The notes under the pieces: model-generated
Told to the model about the DNA's origin: nothing
The model's input: only the letters and a program-made list of their open reading frames with translations
Databases searched by the model: none
In this document: positions 36,175 to 46,619 of the stretch, in pieces
Layout of the letters: each line of letters starts with the position of its first letter
Numbering within the stretch: position 1 is the stretch's first letter
Translations under genes and position numbers: made by a program
Origin: Azolla caroliniana
Taxonomy: Eukaryota; Plantae; Polypodiophyta
Direction: 5' to 3'
Assembly: GCA_043228905.1 (NCBI GenBank)
Contig: JBHGNT010000015.1
Location: forward strand, 9,486,001-9,550,000
DNA: 64,000 nt

Positions 36175-38956
36175 TAGGGATCAACAATGGCTCGACTCAA
36201 GCCTAAACCAGTTTAAACCATCTTAGCGGCTCGTCTCGGCTCAAGCTTGAGCTTCACTAAACGGTTTGAGCTCGGTTTGGCTTGGCTTGAGCCTTGCCAA
36301 ACCGGTTACGTCGTTTAAGTTGTTTATGTGGTTTACTAGTTAGGTTGAAGAAAAACTTCAAAGTTAAAAATTAGTTAGAAACTTGAGAGAGAGAGAGAGA
36401 GACTACACAAACAAGGAGGGATAGATAGATAGATAGATAGATAGATTATATTATCGTCTTTGGAGGTCAAATACGACCTATGAGACCAAAAATATTACAT
36501 TTCACATGATACGTGTGAAAGTGAGTAGTGACTCTCGATGTTCAAGAACTTTACCAATTAGTGTTGAAATCGAGATTGCACATAATGGTTGTGAGAGGAA
36601 TTCATGCAAAGATTGGGCTCGGTCGAAGAGATGTGGAAAGCATGGTCGAAGATGATCAAAGGCAAAGCATTGTATCAAAGTGTGATACTCAAACTTGCGA
36701 ACTTGTTTAGGCCAAAGTGTGCATAACCGACCACTCTCATCACTTGTGCCCCAATGCCCTGTTTCACATCGCAATGCATGTGAGCTAAGTCGCATGGAAG
36801 CAATGGTTCGAATGGCAGATAACAGTATGGGCTCTAACATGTATCGATGTGTACGATTTCCGCGTTCCGCAAAGAATATGGTTTTGTAGTTAGGTGCAAC
36901 ATGTGTAGTATAATGTGTGATGCGCGAGCCTCCACATTTTTCTCATGTCATGATACATTGGCATTGCAAAAGGGCCTCATTTACAGAGGAATCTAATGAT
37001 GCATCATGAAGCAAGTGTCTCGCATCCCATCTACCAAACCATTTTTCTATATCTTGCATCCAACCGGAACACAAAAATTTGCTTTGCGTCTTTTTAGATC
37101 TTTTTGCTTGCTTCCCAAGCAATTCTAGGAAGTCGATGTGAGGGACTTTTTTGAACCTTAAGCATGTATTCAACAACCCTTTCCATGGCCATGATCTCAA
37201 TGGGAAGCAATCCCGTCTCAAGGAGGAGGAGGGTGTAGGGCGTTTGTTTCTTAACTTGTAGAAACTTTGTAAGAAAATGTTTTTGGACATTTTCAAACTC
37301 TTTCCACATAGATTTAGGGATGCTACCACCCCATACTTCCACCCCATAGAGAAGAACCGGTGTCACCAAAGTGTCGAAAAGATATTTCTTGAGGATCCAA
37401 CACTTAATATCTCCAAGATTGCATGTGTTCTCAAATGCATAGTATGCTCGCTTACCCGCCCCTAAGCGGCATGTAGCACATTCATTCAATCTATGATTTG
37501 AAGGAACTTCAAGGCCAAGATATTTGAAGCTTTCCACACATTCAAGTGGGTCATTGTTGTACATAATGCATGGTTTATCTCTTTTTTGGCTCTTCACAAG
37601 CATAATCTTTGTTTTAGAGCTATTGACACTTAATTTAGTATGCATGCAAAAAATTTCCAATGCCTTCATAAGCTTTTGTGCATCTCCTAAAGTATTTGCA
37701 AAAAGCACTACATCATCTGCATATAGCAAAAGCATAATCACAACATTCCCAATGGCAACTTCGTCAACACATTCTTCCTTTGCAAACTTGGTAACCATTT
37801 CTTCCAATTCATCAATGCATAGAACAAATAGTGTTGGTGAGAGTAGGCATCCTTGCTTAACACCAATAGTGCTTTTGAAAAAATCTGAAAGTTTATCTCT
37901 CATGCGCACACAACAATATAACCTTCTCATAAATTCGGGAAATTGCAAGCATATATTCACTTGGCACCTCAAGTTCTTCCATTCGCCTCCAAAGATGCTC
38001 ACGAGGTACCATATCAAAAGCTTTCTTGAAGTCTACAAAGCAACAATATAAACCTTTACCTCTCAGGCGACTTTCCTCCATTACTACTCGAAGGGTGATA
38101 AGGTGATCAATGGTGCTATGGTGTTTCCGAAAACCAGCTTGTCCATAAGATCTCTTACCTTTTTTTTCAGCCCATACACTTATCTTTGATTCCATTATAC
38201 ATCCAAATAGTTTTGCCATTAATGAGCCAACCATGATGGTTCGATAGTTGTTTACATTATTTATATCTCCACCTTTATGTAAAGGTTTGATCAAATTTGT
38301 AATCCAATCGTACGACATACCATCTTGCAATGCATAATTAAACATATCGCTTATCCATATATGTGCTTCCTTTCCCGTCCATTTGAGCATTTCAGTCTTT
38401 ATACATTGAAGATCACTTGCCTTTCAAGAGGCCAATTTCCTAAGTCCTATGCATATATCTTCAATTGTAAAGAAGGGAGGCATATGTGAAAGAGAACCAT
38501 AACACATCATCTTTCCGGCAAGAGATAACTCATATAACCTCTTACAATGCATAGACAAGTTGTGAAGAGTTAAGTCACCATAACTCTCAACACGTTTCCC
38601 CTTTAGATTTCCCCAAAATTTAGCACATGCATGTGCTTTCTCTTGCGTTTGAATAAATTGTTGAGTAACTTCCCATATTCTTCTCTTTCTTTGAATACTA
38701 CATAGTGGATCATCTGAGAGGGAGTGAGAGAGAGAGGGAGGTAGGGAGGGAGAGAGGGAGGGAGGGAGGTTTCCTAACCGGTTTCAAAGTCAGTTCCCAA
38801 ACTGGTTCACAAACCGGTTTAGGCCAAACCAGTGTAGGGATCGGTTTGGTTTGGTTTGGTTTAGGTTTGAGAACCCCAAAACAATTTAGGCTAAACCGGT
38901 TTGGTTTGGATAAGTCCAAACCGGTTAAGCCTATACCGAACCATTGTCGATCCCTA
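36175..38956. mobile_element. Non-autonomous hAT DNA transposon
   Basis: 16-bp TIRs TAGGGATCAACAATGG / CCATTGTCGATCCCTA; 8-bp TSD GTTGAACC/GTCGAACC; many subterminal AAACC(G/A) motifs. Confidence 0.92.
36420..38712 (-). mobile_element. 5'-truncated non-L1 LINE (RTE/RTEX-like) with (ATCT)n tail, inside the hAT element
   Basis: CFVDFKKAFD, GVKQGCLLSPTLF, LLYADD, FKYLG; C-terminal RLSSHALRCETGHW..RLCTL..EYHTLIQC; (ATAG)n at 36421-36445; (GA)-rich flanks on both sides. Confidence 0.88.
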
Positions 38957-39138
38957 GTCGAACCAATGTGCGAGGCCGCCCAAGCATAATTGAACCATCT
39001 CGTCTTCGTCGTTGATTGAGCCAAGTGAGTCGCAAATGCTCTTGATCTTGGCGGTTTAGTCCGACATGAGCATATTTTTTTGTTGTATGTTGTTCAACTC
39101 TTGCCAGAGTTGAAGGTTGCAGGATGTCGTGTTGGCGG

Positions 39139-42100
39139 TGTCAAGAAGATTGTGGTTGTGTGTCGCAACCGCCGGGGTTCTGTGACTCGGGGATGATCGG
39201 GGTGAAAACGCATAATCGCAGATGGTGCAATGACAAGAAGCAGAGAAGGCAAGATAAATGTGACGTTGTCGCGAAAAGAATTTTATTTGTAAAACAACCA
39301 CTTACAATATTTATTTGCCAAAAGTTACCTGGCAAGACTTGAACTTGCAAACTCTATTTTGAGAAGAAACGTTTGTGATAGACCACTTCAATCTCTTTGG
39401 TTTCTATTTAATTGTCTTCTCTTTCACTTTATATATACTAAATTTATATTACAAAATTTGATTACCAAAAGAAGTTATTCTAAGAGGATTCAAACTCACA
39501 ACCTTTTGTTTACAAGGAGACATTTGAGATATAATTTTGTTCTACTTCTTTTCTTTTCTTTAAATCTTGTCTTGATTTCTGCAGGCCACCATCTTCTTTG
39601 GCGAGCTTTGCATCTTACACCCACACGAGTTTGTTGACTCACTTTTCCTTTCTCCTCTTCTTCCTCTTCTCCTCCTTTGCCCCATTCTCTTTAGCCACCA
39701 TAGGTGTGGCTTATATAGGGTGGTCAACCGCCCTACCACCCTCTTGAGGCGGTTGTATTTTTATTTATTTCTTTTCTTTATTTATTATTTATTTATTTAT
39801 TGATGCTACAATTCAATTTTATAGTTCTATATTTGAGAAATTATAGAAATAGCCCTCATTTAATTTTGACATAATTACATTTGTGTCCAAGTAACATTAA
39901 TCCTTCCGAAGCTTGTATCTTGGGCTTCTGAACTCCAATTCACGAACCAAAAATTCATTCATGCTCCTTGTCATAAGCTCCTGATGGGAAATGTACTTCT
40001 ATAGATTTTTGACATTGTTTTCACATCGTGAAGTGTCAACTTCACGACACCCACCCCCTCTAAACTTGCACACCTATGGGCGAGTTCACACCACTTCATT
40101 TTGATCCTCTTCGAAAAATTCTTCATCCTCATTTACTATGAAACTAGGTTCGGTGTCTTCTCTTCTTTGAAAAATCTTTATTCTTTTTCCCGCAATCGGC
40201 GTCTGTATCTCAGTCCCATCCAACTCGTTCAGGTAGTAGGTAGCCTTATCAGTCACCTTCCATACTTCGTAAGGCCCAAACCACCGTTTTGCGAACTTCC
40301 TCATTGTACTATACTGGTTCTCGAGGCTACTATCCAGTACCAACACCCAGTCTCCTTCTTGAATCTTTCGTGGTCTTAATTTGTTTACTTTGTCAAATCT
40401 TGCTTTGTTCTTTATCCGAGCTTCCTTCAATTTCTCAGCAGCCTTTTCTACATCTTCTGCTTGACATTGTAGTTGTCGGATATGGACTGCTAGCAAGTCT
40501 TCTCTACTCATCTCTGACTCCCATGGTAGCATTGCCCATGTAGCAATCTTCTCTTCAATCAACATCATCGGCCTTTGTCTTGTCATGAGCTCTATCGGCA
40601 TATATCCTGTCACCGAATTGTGTGTGGTCCTATCTACCCACAATGCATATGGCAAGACCTTCGGCCAATTACCTACTTTGCCTTTACATGCTTTTGCAAG
40701 TGCTTTAACTATCGGGCTATGACCTCTTTCTATCTTTCTATTTGCCTCAAGATTATATGCAGTTGTCAATGATAACCGAACCAATTCTATCAAAGAACTC
40801 TCTTGCTTCATCAGAATTGAGCTCACTTCTCTCAGTCACTATCTTCCCTATACACCCATACCTACATATTATATCCTCTAATATGAATTGACATACTGCC
40901 GATGTGGTCTTCAATCTTAGTGCTCTTCCTTCAACTTGATTTGTAAGGTCTTCTCTAGCAAGTACCAAGAACTTCTTTTGACTGGCCCCCATTGGCATTG
41001 CCACTATATCAACCATCCACTTGTAATGTATAGCAGGCGAATAGGTCAGGTGCAACTCATCTATATGCTTAATGTTGGAGTAGATTTGACAGGTTGGGCA
41101 TGTCTCGACATACCTCTTGATTTTGTTGTAGAATCCTGGCCACCAATATCTTTCCTTTATTTTACTAAACGTTGCCTAGACTCCACGGTGTCCAGCCCAC
41201 TCCCTATCATGTAATTCCTTTAATATCTGCTCCCGCTGCACTTGGTCACAGATAACCCGTTGTGGATTTCCCATTTTATAATTTGGGTGCTTCCAAAGGT
41301 AACTTTTGTGCAAGAAAAATCAGTGTGCCTTCTTTCAGAAATTTGAGAAGTTTCTCCCACTCCAAGTTCCTTCCTTCCATGGTGCTTGTAGATACTTCCC
41401 GATTTCCTTAAACTCTTCATTTACTCTTCTTCTTTAAACTCATGTTCTTCATGTGGATCACCCCCTCTAATTGCATTTATGACCAAAGTTGATTCTTCTT
41501 CGTCGCTATCTGATTCTGCCACTTCCTCTTTTTCATATTTTGCTCTGGATAACATATCAGCCATTGCATTCTTCTGAATCTATCATACCTCCACCTTGTA
41601 ATTCTTTTTCTATTTTTTGGAATTTCTTTCCTTTGAAATCTTCTATTATAGTTGCGCCATCTACCGACGCAACATATAATTTACCTTTATCTTCAATGTT
41701 ATGAAGGGCCTGCTCTAGAAATCCTGTACGAAATCCCCCACATCTCGTAGTGGATGATCTCATAGATTCTCCTTATTCCTCTCATGATTTGGTCGAACAG
41801 TAAGGAACTATACCGACCTCTTCCCATCTTGGCTTTGAATCCTAGCAAAAGCCGCTCCATTATCAATGACTTTAGTCTCCATACGCACTGCTATGATGTA
41901 TGTTTGCCCTAGGATTACTGAATAAAATGACCTCTCTTGGACGAAGAAGTTTTGATCTATTGACACGTCCCCAAATGTAACTTTAATATTTGGGCATGCG
42001 CCACATAAATCCTCCACGATCTCAGTCATTGCTCTCACCTTCCAACCATGGTTCCTTTCTATTGGCCATCTCCCACGATTGTAAAAATCAGACGATATGA

Positions 42101-45100
42101 TATTTATCTCGAAGCCATGGTCGATGAGTGCCACACATGGTTCCATCTGATCTCCAATTTTGACTGGAGCCTCGGTTGTCACCCGGGCCCAGTGTGTGTG
42201 TGTGTGTAATGGCTTCGTTCCTCTTCATGACTACATTGTGTGTCACCACTCCGTACCCCGGCTAACAATGTAGTCTCCATATCTCGGAGCCATGGTCGAT
42301 GAGTGCCACACATGGTTCCATCTGATCTCCAATTTTGACTGGAGCCTCGGTTGTCACCCGGGCCCAGTGTGTGTGTGTGTAATGGCTTCGTTCCTCTTCA
42401 TGACTACATTGTGTGTCACCACTCCGTACCCCGGCTAACAATGTAGTCTCCATATCTTCATCTTCCTCTTGTATCATGACGGTATTTACTCCACCCGTTT
42501 CTTCAACCACTTGTCTTTTCCTCTGAATCACATCAATGATCACTTCATGAAATTCCTTCTTCGCGATCCCTAGTACTTCTCGGAGTGTTAACTCAACTTT
42601 ACTATCGAGAATCCTTGATTCAAGCACATGCTTTAGGTCAGTGGATGTTTCGATGTCAGAGGCGAGTTTGAATGACGGGGCTATCTTTTGATTACCTTTG
42701 TCTTCTTTCATCGTCTCCGCAGCAACTCGTTCAGTTTCTCGTCTTTTTTGTTCTCGGGTCTCAGGTTTTCTAGAAGGTCCCGCTTCTTTAGTTCTCCTTC
42801 GTTTTTCTTCGACTGTCACCTCGTGGGCATTCACCCCTGCTATCTTGGCGATCGCAATGAGTGAATCTACTGGGTCATTCCACCCAGTACTACTCCTTAT
42901 CTCGTCACCAACCTTTCGTAAGTCATGTGGCTGGACTCTTTTGTCAATAGCGGACTTTATCACTTTTCCCCAAAATCTTGATCCAATCTAGGGATCATCG
43001 ATCTTCAATCCGGAAGTAATCGAAAAGTACATTGCCTCAACATTCTTTGACTCTTCGTCCTCCATCACTTTCTTCATCCCACCTTTGCTGAAGTTGGTTT
43101 TTAGGGGTTGTCGGGTCTCCGAGGAGTGGATTCTCCCATTTTGATAGAAGATAAGATTTCTTTCTAATGCTTCCATATGGCTCTGACAATCCCTTTTTTG
43201 GTGCTCCACGCTATTGCACCATATGCATCAGCGGACGAATTCACCCTTTTCTCCTTCATTGGGCTTTTGACGAACACCTGAGCTTTCACCCTTCTCAAGT
43301 TTTGTGAACTTGAGTTGTAGATCCCGCATTCCCTTTATCAGTTCATCAATCGCAGATTATGGCTCCTTCCCTTTGCTATCATCCGTTCGAGTTCCTGATT
43401 CTTGTTTTGGATGTTCTCTGGCTGTTGTCTTTATTCTATTGTCATAGCCATCCTCTATCCTTAGCGCCCTCCTTCTTAGTACTCGACAAGCCTCGAGTAC
43501 TTCCGCCCAATCGGACACCAAACCGGTTGTGCTTGTCCAGTCTTCAAGAAGGATGGTCATATATTTTCTAAAAGATTTATCTACCGCTCGGACGAATAAA
43601 TCCACCTTCTCTAATTGTAGTAGTTCTCGGTCTCTTACCGAGAGCTCATTATATCTTTTCTCAAACTCTCTCAGCAATTCTGAAACTGAGAGTCCTTTAC
43701 CCCCTTTCTCGGTCCATTCGAGAAAGCTCTTCTTTGACATTCGGGTCCGGTCGTCTAACATGTATTCATCAAGCAATGCTTGACGGAACACAACCCAATC
43801 TTCACGGAATCTCTCCGATAATTCCGTTACCCTAGCTCGGACATCAAGTGTGCATACCCGATTGATGTGCGAGACCATTTGTTCTCCGATTGCCCCTCTA
43901 TTAACCATCTCGTATTCGTAGACCTCAAGGAACTGAGTGACGTCCTCACCATTAAATTTGCTTATCCTCTCGATGACTGTTTGTATGGTGAGCGTTAACT
44001 CACTTTCCATCCGGTTCATTGCACTTTGCTCTTGAAGCATCTGATTCATCATCATCATCATGAAACTTGCCATCTCTTCATTGAAGCCCTTGTTTGCCAT
44101 CTCTGTGTTGGCACCTTTATCCACCATTTTCTTTGATTTTCCGACCTTCTCTTTGTAACACTTTAACTCCAAAACTCCCCTTGTCGATGAAACTTCATGT
44201 TGGGTTCACTAAATTTGTGTCGAGAAGATTGTGGTTGTGTGTCGTAGCCGTTGGGGTTCTGTGACTTGGGGATGATCGGGGTGAAAACGCGTAATCGCAG
44301 ATGGTGCGATGACAAGAAGCCGAGAAGGCAAGATAAATGTGAAAAGAATTTTATTTGTAAAACAACCACTTACAATATTTATTTGCCAAAAGTTACTTGG
44401 CAAGACTTGAACTCGTAAACTCTATTTTAGAAGAAGCGTTTGAGATAGACCACTTCAATCTCTTTGGTTTCCATTTATTTGTCTTCTCTTTCACTTCATA
44501 TATACTAAATTTATATTACAAAATTTGATTACCAAAAGAAGTTATTCTAAGAGGATTTGAACTCACGACCTTTTGTTTACAAAGAGGCGTTTGAAATATA
44601 CCACTTCAACTTCTTTCTTTCATGCTACCTCTTTTCTTTTCTTTAAATGTTGTCTTGATTTCTGCAGGCCACCATCTTCTTTGGCGAGCTCTGCATCTTA
44701 CACCCACGCGAGTTTCTTCACTTACCTTTCCTTTCTCTTCTTCTTCCTCTTCTCCTCCTTTTCCCCCTTCTCTTTAGCCACCATAGGCGTGGCTTATATA
44801 GGGTGGTCAACCGCCCTACCACCCTCTTGAGGTGGTTGTATTTTTATTTTTTTATTTTCTTTATTTATTATTTATTTATTTATTGATGCTACAATGCAAT
44901 TTTATAGTTCTATATTTGAGAAATTATAGAAATAGCCCTCATTTAATTTTGACTCCCCCTTTTGACATAATTACATTTGTGTCCCAAGTAACATTAATCC
45001 TTCCGAAGCTTGTACCTTGGGCTTCTGAACTCCAATTCACGAATCGAAAATTCATTCATGCTCCTTGTCATAAGCTCTAGATGGGAAATGTACTTCTATA

Positions 45101-45146
45101 GATTTTTGACATTGTTTTCACATCGTGAAGTGTCAACTTTACGACA
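39139..45146 (-). mobile_element. Ty3/gypsy element with both LTRs (39139-40049, 44218-45146), gag-PR-INT, RT/RNase H deleted
   Basis: TGTC..CGACA LTRs; 4-bp TSD GCGG/GCGA; PPT GAGGGGGTGGG; PBS TAGTGAACCCAACATGAA (decayed tRNA-Trp type, from memory); gag ISKFNGEDVTQFL; protease ALIDHGSEI (in a ~172-bp tandem duplication); integrase WMVDIVAMP and RWFGPYEV. Confidence 0.92.
44400..44610 (-). other. Two tandem tRNA-like (A-box/B-box) modules inside the LTR; also at 39333-39532
   Basis: Minus strand GTTGAAGTGGTA...TTTGTAAACAAAAGGTCGTGAGTTCAAATCCTC and ATTGAAGTGGTC...TACGAGTTCAAGTCTTG; no intact acceptor stem. Confidence 0.6.
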
Positions 45147-45619
45147 GCGATGAAAATTTTCTTTAAGTTCACCCACGCTTCTTTAGGCGTCTTGGCGTCT
45201 CGAATGTGGCTAAGCAATTCATTGATCCCAATTCCCATTCAATTCTTCACTACACACAGATAGCGGATTTACTCTATGCTATCTGTATTTCTTTTTGCAG
45301 AGTAAATGCCCTTTGGGAAATGATCCTCTTCCCTACGGGCCCTCCCTCTCATCACACAATACATTACCCAGCTCGCTCCTTGCTCCCATGTTGGGTAGTT
45401 GGCGTTTGTGAAGTTGGGTTTGGTTTCGAGTGCGTTGTTGATGTAGCTCCAATACCCTTCACCAACTAGGTATTGGTTCATCTTGTACTCCCAAGATGAA
45501 TAATTGCTCTGGTCTAGCTTTTCCCTAGGGAGCGAGCTACATATTTTTGCGTTCATGTTGATGTAGTGTCTTCCTTCTTGGCTTTTCTTCCTTTGGTCAT
45601 GTACACGTGCTACGTAGGG

Positions 45620-46252
45620 TGTCGCGAAGATTCGCACGTGCATGTGCTACTCGAGCGACCACCGGGGTCTTGGAATGGGGAGGACGTTCGCGGAATTATC
45701 AAAGAGATGACGATCAATGTAAGATTGGATGAAATTTGTTCACTTGAGAAGAAGAAAGATTGTACACTTGAGAAGTAGAAAACTATGAAGAAGATAAAGA
45801 CGAATATAATTATATTGATAATAGTGGTGTTGGTGATATCACATATTGAGCCCCCCTTTACACAAGCTCCACTAGGGTTTTTATAGCTCTCTTCATGCAC
45901 AAAACCATGGGTTTAGAACCATGGTTTTGGGGACACGGTTTTGCTTATGACATGCACAATCCATGGGTTTAGAACCATGGTTTTGTGCACATGGTTTTCT
46001 ATGGTTGTTTCGTCTATATTTCGTATATGAAAAGGAAATACATAAGTCTACATTATATCATAGTTATTCTAGTGGTAAGGCAAACATCTTGTATCTTAGA
46101 GGTGCAAGGTTCAAACCTTGCTTGCACCCCTCTATATGAACTCAAGTGCCACTAGGCCTTAGGCTTATTTGCTAAGTGAATGTGCAATGTTGCACATCCT
46201 TGGTTTATTCGTCTCACTCGGTTTCACATCGTAGCCGAAAATTGTCATGACA
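45620..46252 (-). mobile_element. Probable solo LTR in the copia leader
   Basis: TGTCGC...ATGACA termini; minus-strand CTATAAAA; AACCATGG palindromic repeats at 45896-45990; tRNA-like module at 46060-46130. Flanks AGGG/GCGG match imperfectly. Confidence 0.7.
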
Positions 46253-46619
46253 GCGGCACTACGGTAGCCGATAGCCGGATTTGTAGTCGGCGTCTTGAAC
46301 ACACAATCACGAATAGTCAGGTGGGCTTAGAGGATGTGCTAAACCACACGCTCTAATACCATGTTAAAAATTAGGTATTTAACTAGGGTTAATTAGTATC
46401 TAATGATGGGAGTAGTTGATAACGCAACGGAAAATTATGCAAGAGTGTAATTAGATAACCTTTCTCTATATTAATACGCATCAAAATACAACGATATCCT
46501 CAATGAGGTATATATACATCTCATGTGCAAGGGTGCACATGTGTGAGGAGAATATAGGTACAAATGTGTTAAGTCCTATATTAAATGAACATGTGAGTGG
46601 AGGATAGATGAATGTATCA

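Larger units (their letters stand above)
33389..46618 (-). mobile_element. Ty1/copia element (3' LTR 33389-33814; truncated 5' LTR 46362-~46618), RT largely deleted, hosting three nested insertions
   Basis: Both LTRs begin TGTTAAAAATTAGG; PBS TGGTATTAGAGC at 46361-46350; PPT AAGGGGGCA. Gag (EKLDQSNYSSWEYKM; CNYCGKIGHHEEEC), protease (WFVDSDTSHHMT) and integrase (SDVWGP) pieces are collinear. Confidence 0.88.

Noticed and set aside
39125-39138. TGTCGTG as the gypsy LTR terminus
   Set aside because: It translates as host copia gag (ANTT), and similarity to the other LTR begins at 39139.
44548-44610. Possible functional tRNA-Thr gene
   Set aside because: No closed acceptor stem or complete cloverleaf, and it is duplicated as part of an LTR; reported only as tRNA-like.
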